Part shown: positions 50,001 to 60,616 of the stretch, in pieces
Numbering within the stretch: position 1 is the stretch's first letter
How the letters are laid out: every line of letters begins with the position of its first letter
From: Asterias rubens
Taxonomy: Eukaryota
Direction: 5' to 3'
Assembly: GCF_902459465.1 (NCBI RefSeq)
Contig: NC_047066.1
Coordinates: 3,596,001-3,660,000, forward strand
DNA length: 64,000 bases
Notes under the pieces: generated by a model
What the model was told of the DNA's origin: nothing
What the model saw: the letters and a program-made list of their open reading frames with translations, nothing else
Database searches by the model: none
Made by a program: the position numbers and the translations under genes

Positions 50001-53000
50001 AAGAGGACCAGTGCCTAGCCAGAGTTATCTTCTTCCTTCAGAGAGGTCAACGTCCAAGCAAGCGAGAGTTAACAAAGGAGCATCCCGATACCATTGCCTT
50101 ACTGCGTGAATGGGTTAACCTGAGGCTGGAAGAGGACATCTTGTTTCGAGTAAAGGGCAATAGACACCAGATGATCATTCCCTTGACGATGCGACAAACC
50201 GTCTACAAGGAGCTCCATGACAACATGGGACACATTGGTGCTGGGCGTGTCTTGGACCTTGCCAGAAACCGGTTCTACTGGCCCCACATGCAACGAGATG
50301 TTGAACATTATTGCTCCAAAGTCTGTCCTTGCCTGAAAGACAGAAAACCCGCACAACACACGAGGGAACCCCTGGGAACAATCATCACGACGGCTCCCTT
50401 TGAACTGATTTCCATTGATTTTCTGCATTTAGAACCGAGCAAGGGTGGATTTGAATACATCTTGGTGATTGTTGACAATTTCACCAGGTTTGCCCAGGCA
50501 TATGCAACCCGAGATAAGTCTGGGAAAACTGTAGCTGATAAAATCTTCAATGATTTTGTTCTTCGCTTCGGGTATCCTCAGCGAATTCATCATGACCAAG
50601 GAGGAGAATTCGAAAACAAGATGTTCAAACGACTCCAACAACTCTCGGGTATTACACCTTCCAGGACGACCCCATACCATCCGCAGGGGAACGGTCAATG
50701 CGAAAGACTGAACAGGACCCTCCTCGGTATGTTGCGGACCCTCACTGAAGCCCAGAAATCTAACTGGAAGGAGTCACTCCAGAAAGTGGTACATGCGTAT
50801 AATTGTACTACTAGCAGTGCAACAGGGTTCTCACCGTTCTTCTTGTTGTATGGACGCTCCCCTCGTCTACCAATTGATGTTGCATTTGGCCTGGACCCAA
50901 AAGCTGGACCGAAAGAAGAGGACCACAACCAATTTGTGAAACGGTGGAAAACACAGATGGAGGAGGCTTACTTGATTGCAGAACGCCAGGCAGCCAAGTC
51001 GACTGAACGAGGAAAGCAGTATCATGACCAGAAGGCCCACAGTACCGTTCTCCAACCGGGAGACCGTGTCCTGATCCGCAATGTTGGACGCCATCTTGGA
51101 CCAGGTAAACTCCGCTCCTACTGGGAGGACAATGTCTACATCGTTGTTGGTAGAAAAGGAGAACACTCTCCAGTCTATGAAGTGAAGCAAGAAACGGGTA
51201 ACATGAAGCACCGTGTAGTTCATCGCAATCTCCTTCTCCCCTGCAACAGCATGAGAACAGATGTTGAACCCAAGAAGACGCTTCCCCAACCACAGAGACG
51301 AATTCCAAAGCCCAACCGTCGACGAATCTCCAATGAATCCAGTCCGGCAACGAGTGACGACAGTTCAGATGAAGAAGTTACCATGGTAATGAACACTCCA
51401 TCTGATCCAAGACCGTTCCGAGCAATGGAGGAAGTGAACCAGCCCACATTGAATCCTGCAGCAGTGCCCTTCCCATGGAATGCACCAGACGTGGAGCACA
51501 CACCTTCTATTGAGCCCCTAGAGCTTATCGATGGCGCTGGGGATAACCAGAACATTGAGGAACCTGATCCTCTGATAACTGCATCCGACACACCTGAGAC
51601 AATTTGTGAGGACACTCCCGCTGAACAGCCCCCACAACCAGCTGTATCCGATGCACCGGAGCCGAGTGATGACACTTCCACAGAACAGTCCCCACAACCA
51701 GAACCGGAACCAGAAGCACCCTCTGAAGGCAGACCAATCAGACAACGACATCCTCCACAACTGTTTGGGTATGCAAGTCTTGGTGAACCTTCGATGCAGA
51801 GCATGGACCCTCGAGTGGCTGCTGTTCAGGGATATCCTGTCCCACCTCAGTGGATGCTGCCTATGCAAATGCCTATGACACCATGGTTGAATCCTTATGT
51901 TCAGCAGGGTTCACCTATGATGCCACCGGCATGGATGTGGCAGCCAGCTCCACCACTAGTACGAGACGCACAGAGTTATTAGACGAGGACGCAACAACAT
52001 GACGAGAATCCAGGCTAGCAACGCAATGAAGTTCCCACAGCAGAGTATGGACGGGACGTAGGAACATCAATCAGTAGCTTCAATGTGAGGACTACCCACC
52101 GGACTGACTTGATGTTCACTAGCGATGTTGCATAGCTTTCATCCAGTTCGAATCTATTTCTTTATCTTCTTCACGAGAAGTTCGGAGATGAGGGGATGTG
52201 GAATTAGCTACTCCATTAAACTTTTCTCCAACTAGTTGCCTTGATGAGGAGGAATTGTCAAGTAATTAGTGTGAGTATTTAACTCTAGAAATGGACACTC
52301 AATGAACTGTTCCTTGGATGATAAGGATTGCCGTTAGAGGTTTTGTTCATAAATTGATCTTAATGTATTATTTGTAATGTTGAGGACAACATTTATTTTG
52401 AGGGGTAGTATGTAGAGATGGCAAAACTGATACACCTTCCAAGTGTAGAGAGGTGTGTGGATTATCAGTGTTAATTGCCCCCCCCTTTTAATTTTGTAAT
52501 AGAACTTTGACCCTACCTTTAGAATTAATGGATCAGTCCAAGATTGCCACATCAGCAGAGATACTCTGGACAGGATGTTGGTCTGGTCATTCTTATACCA
52601 GTGATGACCAGTAACAGACATTAAAGGAGTTTCTTCTAGATATATATCGTGACAGTGGTTTTTCATTATTCTTTACAGGTATGTTGATTTTATTTTCTTT
52701 ATTAATTCCATTGTGCTTTTTAATAGAACTATCTAGATTATTGAAGTTCATTATTTGATTTGTGTTATGAACTTGATCAAGACAATGTCACTTGAAGACA
52801 GTTGGGAGTTTTCACTCCAAGGTTACAAGATCAAGGAAGGATTTGTTTTAGACTTGGAAGACAGTTGAAATGTAGTTTAGAGTTCCTTTTGTTAAGTCAT
52901 AATGGACAGTGATAATGATTTGATTTAGATGAAGTGAAATTGCTTTCTTTAAATACTGCTTGGACTTTGTTTAGTATTTAAAGGTTACTTTTATTGGCTA

Positions 53001-56000
53001 AGGTATCACTTTTCTAAGTTTGCTTTCAAGTGTTAAAGAGTACTTTATTCGTAATATAGACATTCATTACTAGTTTCTGTTTGATGTATTTGTTGGAAAG
53101 AACTGTAATGTTCTTTCAGATATATTTTAGTTTGGAAGTATTGTTAACCAGTACTTTGACCGAACTCCACGTATAGAGAATATTGGTAGCCAAAGACCAT
53201 TGTTTATTGGAGGTTCAAGATCTTCCTATACTAGACCACACAGTGTGAGCCCAGTGGCTCTGAAGTTGTTTATTGGGTGGTGTTGCAGTAGGGCAGGAAG
53301 TGAGATCAGAAGGCAAGAACACATACTTTTCTTGTGAATACTTAAGTAGCTGTAGGCAAGAACACCTATTTTCTTGTGAATACTTAAGTAGCTGTAGGTA
53401 AGAACACCTATTTTTCTTGTGAATATTTAATTAGCTATGCCTTGATCATTTACTGCAGGGACAAGATTGTGATGATTATAGGTTGAACCCCTGTTGAAAT
53501 GAGTTATTGTGTATGCATTTAAAGGTGTTTGTTTTATGAAGTTTATTCTTTGAACCATTTTTGAACCGGATTTAGAGATCAGTACATTTAATTTAGTTAT
53601 TTGTTAGAAGTAAGTTTGAGTTTTATGCATTACATCTTCAGTAAAGTAAGTACATAGTTTTAAGATTGACAAGTACTTAATGTTTTGATAATGGTTGATG
53701 TAACGTGATTCTTATACCAGTGATGACCAGTAACAGACATTAAAGGAGTTTCTTCTAGATATATATCGTGACAGTGGTTTTTCATTATTCTTTACAGTGG
53801 TCATCAACCCGATTTTAATGTGCTCCGTTTAGATTGCCAGTTTGGTAATTTGGCGGGTGCAACATAACAAATTGTCTGGGAACACTACTTTAGTTTATAG
53901 GATCTTAATTAACTGCCCTACCGCGGAGTCAGTCCTTGAATTGGTCTCAACGTTTAAACTAGAGCTTGCTCTAGTCATCGTCAGGAGACCATCTGTGTAT
54001 CTACTTGCTAGGTAGATTAGATACTTTTGAGAACTTGTCTTGCTTTATATTCAACTACCGCAGAGTAGATTTTCAGAGTTCGTGCGACTTCTCAGATCTG
54101 AAAAAGAACTGTCCTGCTTTTTAACTACTACTTTTCAGTCTCCTGATGATGACTAGAGCAAGCTAGTCAAAATGCTGAGACCAACTAACTCAATCCACGG
54201 TAGTGAAGTTAATAACAAGAAGTCCCCTTGATCCACTTAGTGAAAAGTAGTCATCCTGGCCGATTTTCTACCTTCAGCCCAGCTATGTAGAAAAGAACCG
54301 TCCTGCTTTTTAACTAGTAAGAAACCAATATTTGTTTTTTTAATGATGTTCAAGTGTCGTGGCCGAGCGGTTAAGAGCACCGAATTCAAACTCTGGTGTT
54401 TCTGATCAGCAGAGTGTGGGTTCGAATCCCCAGCCGTGACACTTGTGTCCTTAAGCAAGACACTTCACCATTGCTTCGTCCTTCGGATGGGACGTAAAGC
54501 CGTTGGTCCCATGTGTTGTGTAACGCATGTAAAAGAACCCAGTGCACTTATCGAAAAGAGAAGGGGTTTACCCCGGTGTTCCTGGCTGTGGCTGCTGTAT
54601 GCGCCGTAGCACCTTGTAAACCCTTATAAGGTGCTAAATAATTGGGTCTCATAATTCATCACTGCAATAACCTCTCTTTCTGAAAGTTTGTATATACTCA
54701 GCGCCTTGAGTACCTTGTTTGGTAGATGCTTGCGCCATATAAGACTTCAATATTATTCTTCTTATTATTATTATCCAAACTTACTCGCCATCTTTGAGGT
54801 CATCCACCTTACAGACTTTGACCTCGACTACGCTATCTCCATTCTTCGAGGAATGGGCTTTGGATGCTTTAGTACTGGGAGATTTCTTGGACGAAGCCGA
54901 TGTCTTACTGGCTCCCACACTCTTGCCTGTATCTGGTGCATCTACAAGAAAGAAAAACGTTGTTACTTAATCTGCCAATTGAACACTTTAATCATGGGAT
55001 GAGAGAAAAATCAAATTGACCTCATTGGGATTTGAACCCAAGACCCCTGACACTCCGGGCAGATGTTCTACCAACTTAGCTATGAGGCGGAGCGGCATAC
55101 TCCATTAGCTTGAACAATTTCAAACAACTGCTCCAATAAAATCCTGTACCCCCGCACAAGTCTGGCATCATACTCTCATCTGGTCAAGCCAGTACAAGAG
55201 TGAACTAATAATAACAATAATGTGTTTATATAGCGCATTTCCCATATACATGTTCAAATGCACTAAACAGAGATATTGTTAACAGAACAGGTGAGTTTTG
55301 AGCAGTGTTTTGAACACAATGACAGATTGTTGATTACGGAGAGACATTGGTAGTTTATTGCACAGTTTGGGAGCGGCAGCAATGAAGGCTCTATCACCAA
55401 GTATGGGTAGCATCTTGGGAGATGGGGGTACAGCGTGATGCCTTGAGAAGAGCAAAAGGAGAAGCGGGATGGTTGCGTGATAGTTATAAGTTCAGATAGG
55501 TAGGGAGGAGCTGGACCGTGGATGCATTTGAAGAAAGTGAAAGCGGAAGAAGGTTTTCCCCCCAAGATCTCGGTGTTTCATAAGATGCACTACTGTGTAG
55601 GGGTACATGTTGTCGTACCCCTTTCACACACCATTTATTTTAGTGATAAATTGAGCAAGCATATATGGACTTTCGTCTTTCATCTTTGAGAGAGCAAGGC
55701 CATTTTCTATTTTGCAAAGGGCACTTCCATTGGAAAATCTTAAAGTCTATGGGAATATTAAAGGGGCACCAAGGCCAAGACCAGGGCAACAGGGCCAAGA
55801 CGCGGGCAACAGAGGCCATGACTTCCAGGGTCTCTGTGAAATTCCAGGCTTGTCATCTTAAAGTTTTACTTTGTAATCCTGGTCTGGGCCCAATTTCATA
55901 GCGCTGCTTAACGTTAAGCAAATTTGCGTGCTTACTGTAGCAGAAAAATTTGCTTAAGCCTTGTAGCATATTTCACAGGTTAGCAGAAAAATTGGGCGGC

Positions 56001-56232
56001 CATATTGCGTGTTTACCGTGGATTTGCATTGTGATGTCATTTATTTTCGTGCGGTAAGCACCAGAAGGTTAGCATGCCTTTTCGTGTGCTTACGGTTAGC
56101 AGCGCTATGAAATGGAAATCACACAGTAAGCACAAAATCGGCCGCTAGGCAATGCTATGAAATTGGGCCCTGGTTCTTACCGACTGCCGTGCCATCTGAG
56201 TTTGAACGGCTCTTTGACGAACTGCTTCCCAT
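32088..56232 (-). CDS. AIFM3: Apoptosis-inducing factor 3 (Rieske 2Fe-2S plus FAD/NAD oxidoreductase), 16 coding exons: 56232-56181, 54941-54785, 43726-43617, 43221-43112, 42412-42368, 41939-41858, 40838-40726, 40319-40141, 39531-39401, 38938-38823, 37929-37714, 36726-36609, 35701-35603, 34191-34116, 33084-32980, 32121-32088 (580 aa)
   Basis: Contains Rieske motifs KCTHYGAPL and [12 protein letters not shown]-binding [21 protein letters not shown]-binding [40 protein letters not shown] and VAVASMN. All junctions are GT-AG and phase-consistent. The ATG exon has an upstream acceptor (56324-56325), implying a 5'UTR exon further right. Confidence 0.94.
34307..34693. mobile_element. MITE family 1 copy (AIFM3 intron)
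   Basis: TTAA flanks, TIRs and the conserved internal sequence. Confidence 0.8.
36000..36300 (+). mobile_element. Degenerate L2-type LINE 3' end
   Basis: LLQVP...[17 protein letters not shown] followed by a GTAAAGCGCATTGAG...TATAAA...TTATTATT tail. Confidence 0.7.
37295..37674. mobile_element. MITE family 1 copy (AIFM3 intron)
   Basis: TIRs and internal sequence conserved; left flank TGAA, right flank TTAA. Confidence 0.78.
40896..41277. mobile_element. MITE family 1 copy (AIFM3 intron); another degenerate copy at ~40356-40712
   Basis: TTAA flanks and TIRs. Confidence 0.78.
43247..43524. mobile_element. MITE family 1 copy with internal deletions, 24 nt from an AIFM3 acceptor
   Basis: TTAA-AGGCACTGGACAC...GTGTCTAGTGCCT-TTAA. 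Confidence 0.72.
44100..44262. repeat. Dispersed repeat (CCATGTGTGTATCTACTTG...CTACCGCGGAG...GAACTGTCCTGCTTTTTTAACTACTA), probable Penelope-like pLTR fragment
   Basis: The same block recurs at ~53989-54131 between the two hammerhead relics, and partially at ~6293-6348 and ~54290-54316. Confidence 0.5.
44288..45741 (+). repeat. 5' LTR (1,454 bp)
   Basis: Starts TGTAGAGATG and ends GGTGCAACA. No difference from 52411-53864 was found on reading both copies. Confidence 0.96.
45744..45761 (+). other. Primer-binding site TGGAGGCACGAGAGGGAT, tRNA-Thr-like
   Basis: Starts 2 nt after the LTR-terminal CA. Its reverse complement ATCCC-TCTC-GTGCCT-CCA resembles the recalled 3' end of tRNA-Thr(AGT), ATCCC-AGCG-GTGCCT-CCA. 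Confidence 0.7.
46035..47357 (+). CDS. Gypsy Gag (440 aa) with C-terminal CCHC zinc knuckle
   Basis: ORF track entry; capsid-like block [25 protein letters not shown] and knuckle [14 protein letters not shown] (CX2CX4HX4C). Confidence 0.93.
   Translation: MEDLIKTLERVILGLSSLSIDQLIQVCTHLDLEAEDVEKTPKGRLRIQRRLLAHINSEEVEDSDDGGVELLQTLDSFMKDLKQESEDEPVSIDPAEKKDDPSSPPKLESTEPSTTQPSATPTDVAHLLRREFRISGQIGEPGQKDRLSFTSLANQIEAGLEKSYPDRDIVQGVIRAIAPGSSLRSYLEGRSKISLPSLRRIIRAHYQERDATDLYKQLSQLTQGAKESAQAFLLKAFDIRQKVLFASQESDSRLRYDPHLVQEMFRHTILTGLRSDAIKTELRPYLDEPKTSDELLFEKINVFSSLEEERRQKRTQNKATTVNEICEVKDKQTMPAKPGLLMTEIAELKAGIAELSSLKGQVAALQESFQRTPQQQPAQFDTSSSRVRRGCHKCQEAGTGSDCDHCFKCGSSEHFARGCRRSRDRTHQGNGSGLRPRDRE
47258..51982 (+). 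CDS. Gypsy Pol polyprotein (protease, RT, RNase H, integrase) in the -1 frame relative to gag; probably entered by frameshift at 47318-47324
   Basis: Protease [15 protein letters not shown] (48902-48913), RNase H VHTDAS...LEFMAL...TDNNPL, integrase zinc finger and DDE core ([13 protein letters not shown]) and a GPY/F-like block. No internal stops in the 1,574-aa ORF. Confidence 0.96.
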   Translation: MWVIRTLCSWMSEKQRPYTPGKRFRVTSAGQGVARRERQSQPHQQDRDPRPITSICHITPRQHRKVTNLIGPRCTVDCYLNNASTTVLWDTGAQVSLISSQWLHQNLPNEPIRPLCDLLQSERNLDLRAANDTPIPFEGWIELELRMKTPRTCTPVVFPALITQNRIQQPIIGYNVIETLVHHSGEDASSILGGAMKNLEPTRAVKLVHLIQANDPEEVCSVISGRQNIMIPKHSNFGIRCLARAGLTNGKIEGLFVPDVEQQWPEGLQVEESVVNLKTGTATPVVIRVTNSTDRDIMLKRRSLLGHIQLVNSVCPMEPSMLKTWTPSPKQGETTVSSISTEEEWIPPVNLSHLTTSQRSAAEKLLREESAAFAKDDSDLGRVPNLKMEIRLRDEEPVRKTYMSMPRPLYQEVRTYLADLISRDWIRKSSSPYSSPVVCVRKKDGSLRLCVDYRELNQKTIPDRQPIPRIKDVLDSLGGNQWFSTLDQGKAYHQGFMSEQSCPLTAFITPWGLYEWVRIPFGLTNAPAVFQRFMETCLDGLNGEIAMTYLDDVLVFSDNFQAHLDHLRQVLKRLQKHGVKLRPNKCEFFQSEVRYLGRLVSAEGHRLDPSDISAVRSLSEKRPETVGDVRKLLGLLGYYRSYIQDFSRIARPLYDLLKVTPSEEQTTQKLKAKGKASSKMKSAQKLSKQKVEWKDPHQKILEEILGFLMAPPIMAFPDYNEPFVVHTDASNDGLGAVLYQRQKGKMRVIAYGSRTLSPAEKNYHFHSGKLEFMALKWAVTDKFRDYLYYSSAFTVFTDNNPLTYVLTSARLNATGHRWVAELADFNFNIKYRPGKSNADADTLSRLPLDMENYMRTCTTEVSQAELETTVHAIEAQSQGTVTWASAITTDPETLLPTTLPGNQMFSKRDVQRAQKEDQCLARVIFFLQRGQRPSKRELTKEHPDTIALLREWVNLRLEEDILFRVKGNRHQMIIPLTMRQTVYKELHDNMGHIGAGRVLDLARNRFYWPHMQRDVEHYCSKVCPCLKDRKPAQHTREPLGTIITTAPFELISIDFLHLEPSKGGFEYILVIVDNFTRFAQAYATRDKSGKTVADKIFNDFVLRFGYPQRIHHDQGGEFENKMFKRLQQLSGITPSRTTPYHPQGNGQCERLNRTLLGMLRTLTEAQKSNWKESLQKVVHAYNCTTSSATGFSPFFLLYGRSPRLPIDVAFGLDPKAGPKEEDHNQFVKRWKTQMEEAYLIAERQAAKSTERGKQYHDQKAHSTVLQPGDRVLIRNVGRHLGPGKLRSYWEDNVYIVVGRKGEHSPVYEVKQETGNMKHRVVHRNLLLPCNSMRTDVEPKKTLPQPQRRIPKPNRRRISNESSPATSDDSSDEEVTMVMNTPSDPRPFRAMEEVNQPTLNPAAVPFPWNAPDVEHTPSIEPLELIDGAGDNQNIEEPDPLITASDTPETICEDTPAEQPPQPAVSDAPEPSDDTSTEQSPQPEPEPEAPSEGRPIRQRHPPQLFGYASLGEPSMQSMDPRVAAVQGYPVPPQWMLPMQMPMTPWLNPYVQQGSPMMPPAWMWQPAPPLVRDAQSY
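52411..53864 (+). repeat. 3' LTR (1,454 bp)
   Basis: Direct repeat of 44288-45741 at an offset of 8,123 bp, followed by TSD TAAC. Confidence 0.96.
53943..53990 (-). ncRNA. Degenerate minimal type I hammerhead ribozyme motif (Penelope-like element relic), copy A
   Basis: Minus strand reads GGUCUC-CUGACGA-U-GACUAGAGC AA GCUCUAGUU-UAAA-CG-UU-GAGACC. Helix I, the CUGANGA core and helix II are present, but GAAA is changed to UAAA. Confidence 0.6.
54138..54181 (+). ncRNA. Degenerate minimal type I hammerhead ribozyme motif, copy B (inverted relative to copy A)
   Basis: Reads GUCUC-CUGAUGA-U-GACUAG AGCAAG CUAGUC-AAAA-UG-CU-GAGAC. GAAACG is changed to AAAAUG, consistent with CpG decay. Confidence 0.55.
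54354..54774 (+). mobile_element. Near full-length tRNA-derived SINE (tRNA-Leu(CAA)-like head, L2-type TTA tail)
   Basis: A box TGGCCGAGCGG (54360-54370), B box GGTTCGAATCC (54419-54429), central GTGTCCTTAAGCAAGACACTT and a (TTA)n tail. Confidence 0.85.
55205..55545 (-). mobile_element. Degenerate L2-type LINE 3' end
   Basis: Minus-strand [12 protein letters not shown] and a frameshifted [12 protein letters not shown]...[10 protein letters not shown], plus a TAA tail. Confidence 0.7.
55887..56169. mobile_element. PIF/Harbinger-like MITE with 3-bp CTG TSD, ending ~10 nt from the AIFM3 exon-1 donor
   Basis: TIR GGCCCAATTTCATAGC / GCTATGAAATTGGGCC, with CTG on both sides (55884-55886 and 56170-56172). 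Confidence 0.7.
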
Positions 56233-57022
56233 TTTGTATTTGACGGTTGTTCTAGTTCAGCTCAGATTACATTGTCTCCAAAAATTTCATGAATTTGAGA
56301 TGCAGGAATGATGAGAGTAAAATCTGCAGAGAAAAGAAAACTTGTTTATAATATAATTTGCTTATATTCCACACTTTGTCAAGCTGTATATTTAGTACTT
56401 TCTTGAGTTCTGTAAAAACCTACTAGTTTAAAATATTTCTTTATTTTTGAGATGTGATTGTGAATAAAAAAATTGTAAAACGTGTTGATTTATTTTTGAG
56501 TGTGTGAATGTAACTTCATTTGACCATTTAAAAAAACTGGTTGTGACGGCTACTTTACCACCATTAAACCAAGAAAGAGGCTACTAGAATTTCCTTGGGG
56601 CAGTAAAATGCTCAGTTTACTAACCAAATGGGCTACTTTACCAAATGTTTTATGAAGGATTAACAATATTGACGACAAATCCTGGACAATGCAGTTCATG
56701 CAGGTCAGGAATGAGATTAATTAAATTAATTCATTCCCACGTTTTAAGGTCACAAGGCTCCAATGTAAACATCGCAATTTCCAGCTAATTTGATTTCACA
56801 CTTTCCTAGGACAGTTTCATGCACAGTCCTTCATCAGGCCTTTGTGTACATGGGGCTTTTTTGGGGCACTGCTTACATTTCAATAACATATATATAGGAC
56901 TCTCAGGAAAGCGAACTTAATCACTGTACTAGCCAATAATCCAATGGAGAAAAGATATCAGTGAAGGAAGTTTCAGTTTTAGATAGGGGCGGTAAACCCT
57001 GGAGAAATAACCCGCAGTCAGG

Positions 57023-57168
57023 TAGTGACTGAAAACCCAGTCCACATAGTGCCCCCAGTCCACATAGTGACTGAAAACCCAGTCCACATAGTGCCCCCAG
57101 TCCACATAGTGCCCCCAGTCCACATAGTGCCCCCAGTCCACATAGTGCCCCCAGTCCACATAGTGCCC
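57023..57168. repeat. Minisatellite: 7 copies of CAGTCCACATAGTG in 18/24-bp units
   Basis: Cores at 57038, 57056, 57080, 57098, 57116, 57134 and 57152. This explains the repetitive ORFs at 56921-57247. Confidence 0.92.
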
Positions 57169-59113
57169 ACAGCGTTATTTGAACCAGGGTCCTAGAGGTG
57201 GAAGGCGAGGAAAGAAACCACTCTGCCAACCCGACTGCCCTTAACACAGGAATTCTGCTCGAGTATGGCTAAACGAACACGCTTTCCCAGGGTGCTGCAA
57301 GGGCAGTGAATCCACCATAAGCTCCACTGCGATATAAGGCTATGATCAGTGTTGGAGATTATAATCTCTGTCTGTGCTGCAAATTGTAATTCATTTGAAG
57401 AAACACTGATCACAGGCACAGACTAAGAATATTTAGGTTGCACATAAGTATAATATGTACAAAATAATTAGAGTCAGTCAGACTACAATTATTGCAAAAA
57501 TATACAAATTACACGGTTTAACAAAATTATGCTATTAAAGTTCTAAATAATATGATACAGGTAGGTCCCGACGACAAGGTTGATTTTGAATTGATTTACG
57601 ATAAAAAAAACTCACAAAATATCTGAAACTTTGGCTAATTTTCCCAGTCGGCACAAATAAAATGTCTGTATGAAGTCCGCTAGAGGTATCATTTAATTGA
57701 AACCAAATCTATCATTCTAGACCCAAATATTGGAAAATCAACCAGAGCTTTACCCCCCCCCCCCAAAAAAAACCCCCAGAACCATCAATCGCATACATGT
57801 ACCCTGTACTGCCCCTCCCCATCCCTCCCCAATTAACATGTGAAAATAACCCCTACCCCAATAGAGTACGGTACAATAAATCATTATATCAAAATGAAAA
57901 TCTACAAGAGATTGCATTATTTTTTTAAACAAACACAGCTAAGAGTATGTACATAACATACAAAGTAGAAACATTTTATCAAGTACACTAACATGGCTGA
58001 CCTACACATGATGTAAGCTTTAGAAGACTTTCCACTCTATTTAATCACAATTTTACTGTTTTTTCCCCGAAGGCCAAAAAGTCCAATATCTGACTAAATG
58101 AGTCACTAAAGAATGAAGAATATCATGCCTGTAAACGTATTTAAATTTTTACTCTTTTAAAGCCATTGGACACTTTCGGAACAGAAAAAAAAAAAAATTC
58201 ACAGGTTTACAAATAACGTACAGGGTTTACAGAAGGTAATGGTCAAAGATTTAGTCTTGAAATATTATTCCATGAAATGCTTTACTTTTTGAGAAAACAT
58301 TAAAACAATTATCAATTCTCGATATCGAGAATTACGGATTTATTTTAAAGAAGTTGTGACACACAAAGTGTGGGCCTTGGACAATACTGTTTACCGAAAG
58401 TGTCCAATGGCTTTAAATGAGCAAGGTTTGATGACATTAGTCTGACTTTTGCCTTTCCCTGGACGGCTTCTGAATGTTATAATAATTGTATTGAACAAAG
58501 AATTGAAATAAATAAATAAAATAAATGATATAGGCTAAATGTCAACAGAGCAAGCTAAACCAAACAAAGCACTTACTCTATCAATGCCTTTGCACCTAAC
58601 CCTTAGCTTGCTGTTGCAGTACAAGTACTGTATAAAGACTCAGTATAAACTGTCCTGCTTTAAATCCCACCTCACTCCAACCCTAACCAAATCAAATTCA
58701 AGCCCATTCACATGCCATTATCCGTTTAGTGTGGTCTATTTTTTGCTGATTCACCGTTAATAATCAAATAAATACGGGACAAAAGATGTCTTTGTCCTTC
58801 GGTTCTTAAATGAGAAAGCAGTTTTCAGTCCGAGCTGACAGTTGCCCTAGTTACGCTTCATTGAATTTAAATTACATTCGAGTGTTTGGGAGCAATTGAA
58901 TATAATCAACTTTCTGCACAGTCATGACGGTTACATGTATACCTTCATGTATACAAGCACATTGCTGGAAAAAATATGTGCAAGCACTACACACTTGAAT
59001 CTTTTGTGCTATTGTGTGAAGTGTTTTCATTACACTTTTAAATAAGACCAGAATTTTGTTGACAAGACCACACCAAAAAAGAGTTTTTTTTTCAAAATTT
59101 CAACTGTTTTAAT

Positions 59114-59488
59114 TTAAAGGGTGTATGTACTTTTTGTAGGAAAAAAAACCCACAATGTCCACAGATTTACACCAAACTTACAGGGTTTGAAGATAATGAT
59201 AGTAGAGAGCTTCCCTGAAAATATTACGTGCTGAGGTGCTGTAGTTTTTGGGAAATGGGTAAAACAATGTCATGAAAATAATTTTGGTCTCATCTCATGA
59301 CACCAAAATTATTTGAAGCATTTACAAACGTATTTTCATGACATTGTTTTAGGCCTACTCATTTCTCAAAAACTACAGCACCTCAGTAAGTAATATTTGA
59401 AGGGGAGCTTTCCACTATCATTATCTTCAAACCCTGTAAGTTTAATGTAAATCTATGGACATTTTGAAAAAGTACCCAAATCCTTTAA
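59114..59488. mobile_element. TTAA-flanked MITE family 3; related copies at ~32540-32946 and ~38410-38760
   Basis: TTAA-AGGGTGTATGTACTTTTT...AAAAGTACCCAAATCCT-TTAA with a shared internal ACAGCACCTCAGTAAGTAAT block. Confidence 0.68.
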
Positions 59489-59635
59489 AACAAACACTTT
59501 GGGGTTTGACTTGGATTGTGTGAATGACATTCCCATTCCCACACTTTCCTGGGAGTCGTTACCAGAGACAAGCAATGCTTTTTGAGTGCCTCAATACAAT
59601 TTTTTATTTTACTTATTTGTATTGCTATCTAACCT

Positions 59636-60024
59636 TTAAAGGCAGTGGACACTATTCAATTATTAACTCAAAATAATTATTAGCATAAAACCTTACTTGG
59701 TAACGAGTAATGGGGAGAGGTTGATAGTATAACACATTGTGAGAAACGGCTCCCTCTGAAGTGAAGTAGTTTTCGAGAAAGAAGTAATTTTCCACGGATT
59801 TGATTTCGAGACCTCAAGTTTAGAACTTGAGGTCTCGAAATCAAGCATACAAATGCACACAACTTCGTGTGACCAGGGTGTTTTTTTCTTCCGTAGTTAT
59901 CTCGCAACTCCAACGACCAATTGAGCTCAAATTTGCACAGGTTTGTTATTTTACGCATACGCTGAGATACACCAAGTGAGAAGACTGGTCTTTGACAATT
60001 ACTAATAGTGTCCAGTGTCTTTAA
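59636..60024. mobile_element. MITE family 1 copy
   Basis: TTAA flanks and TIRs. Confidence 0.8.
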
Positions 60025-60220
60025 AAGGAGTCCGAACACTTATTTTTACTTTTAGAATTAATTTGCAAAATGTGTGTGAAAAAAAAATATTAAAAGAACT
60101 GAAAGTGTTATGTCTATCAATAATCTTTTTTACATGTAATACATGTAGCATTAACAGAGGTCCAAAACGTTACACACCTATATGCTCAGGGGGAACCTTT
60201 AAACTCAGCATCCACAAACT

Positions 60221-60292
60221 CCGCACCCTGCAAACTCAGCACCTTGCAAACTCAGCACCTTGCAAACTCAGCACCTTGCAAACTCGGCACCC
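60221..60292. repeat. 16-bp tandem repeat AAACTCAGCACCTTGC (~4.5 copies)
   Basis: Read directly from the sequence. Confidence 0.85.
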
Positions 60293-60349
60293 ACTTTTTG
60301 ATTGTATTTATTTATGTTTGTCACAACATCATGTGAATTGTGATTGTAC

Positions 60350-60616
60350 ACCCAGTAACTTGGGCGCTGTACTCCTTTTTTTCGAAATTTTGTAATAAGG
60401 TTTGTTGCGATTCAGAAACGCAATGCATTGTGGGAAGGAATATGGGGCAGTTTCTATGCAGTTTCTACGACTCGCGCACGCAACGCCTATACCTTTGTGT
60501 GGGTTCAACAGCGCCCTCTCTTGATATTTTGCTATTCGCAATAAACCTTATTATCGGTTGTACTGGCGATAATGACATAATTTCGAAAAATTAGTACAGC
60601 GCCCCAGTTACTGGGT
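60350..60616. mobile_element. MITE with TIR CCCAGTAACTTGGGCGCTGTACT; related left end at ~25118-25160
   Basis: Inverted terminal match AGTACAGCGCCCCAGTTACTGGG. Confidence 0.65.

Larger units (their letters stand above)
44288..53864 (+). mobile_element. Full-length Ty3/Gypsy LTR retrotransposon (9,577 bp), antisense in AIFM3 coding intron 2
   Basis: TG...CA LTRs of 1,454 bp each, 4-bp TSD TAAC (44284-44287 and 53865-53868), PBS at 45744-45761, purine tract GAGGGGTAG before the 3' LTR, and uninterrupted gag and pol in the order PR-RT-RH-INT. Confidence 0.97.

Noticed and set aside
46867-51868. Numerous antisense and alternate-frame ORFs of 100-194 aa over gag-pol
   Set aside because: Expected shadows of a long GC-richer coding region, with no recognisable domains. 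No env gene is supported.
54354-54430. tRNA-like fold with TTCAAA in the anticodon loop near a selenoprotein gene, suggesting tRNA-Sec
   Set aside because: It is the head of a SINE, with the body and TTA tail attached. The sister copy at ~6110 reads CTCAAG as in tRNA-Leu(CAA), and there is no matching acceptor stem.
4560-56232. Functional cluster of ribosome, redox and mitochondrial genes (SBDS, SELENOH, MRPL57, AIFM3)
   Set aside because: Housekeeping neighbours are common in compact genomes. Apart from the SELENOH/MRPL57 promoter, nothing in the sequence shows co-regulation.
56800-56845. Minus-strand CUGAUGA...GAAAC, a possible third hammerhead
   Set aside because: Helix II and helix I do not pair. 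The only stem (AGGAC/GUCCU) encloses the GAAA, which does not fit the fold.
57023-57168. Regularly spaced repeats as a CRISPR array (also the 43-bp LTR array)
   Set aside because: Head-to-tail tandem units without unique spacers, no cas genes, and a eukaryotic context.
56921-57247. Repetitive ORFs (ALCGLG)n and (DWGHYV)n
   Set aside because: These are translations of the 18-bp minisatellite, with no splice or homology support.
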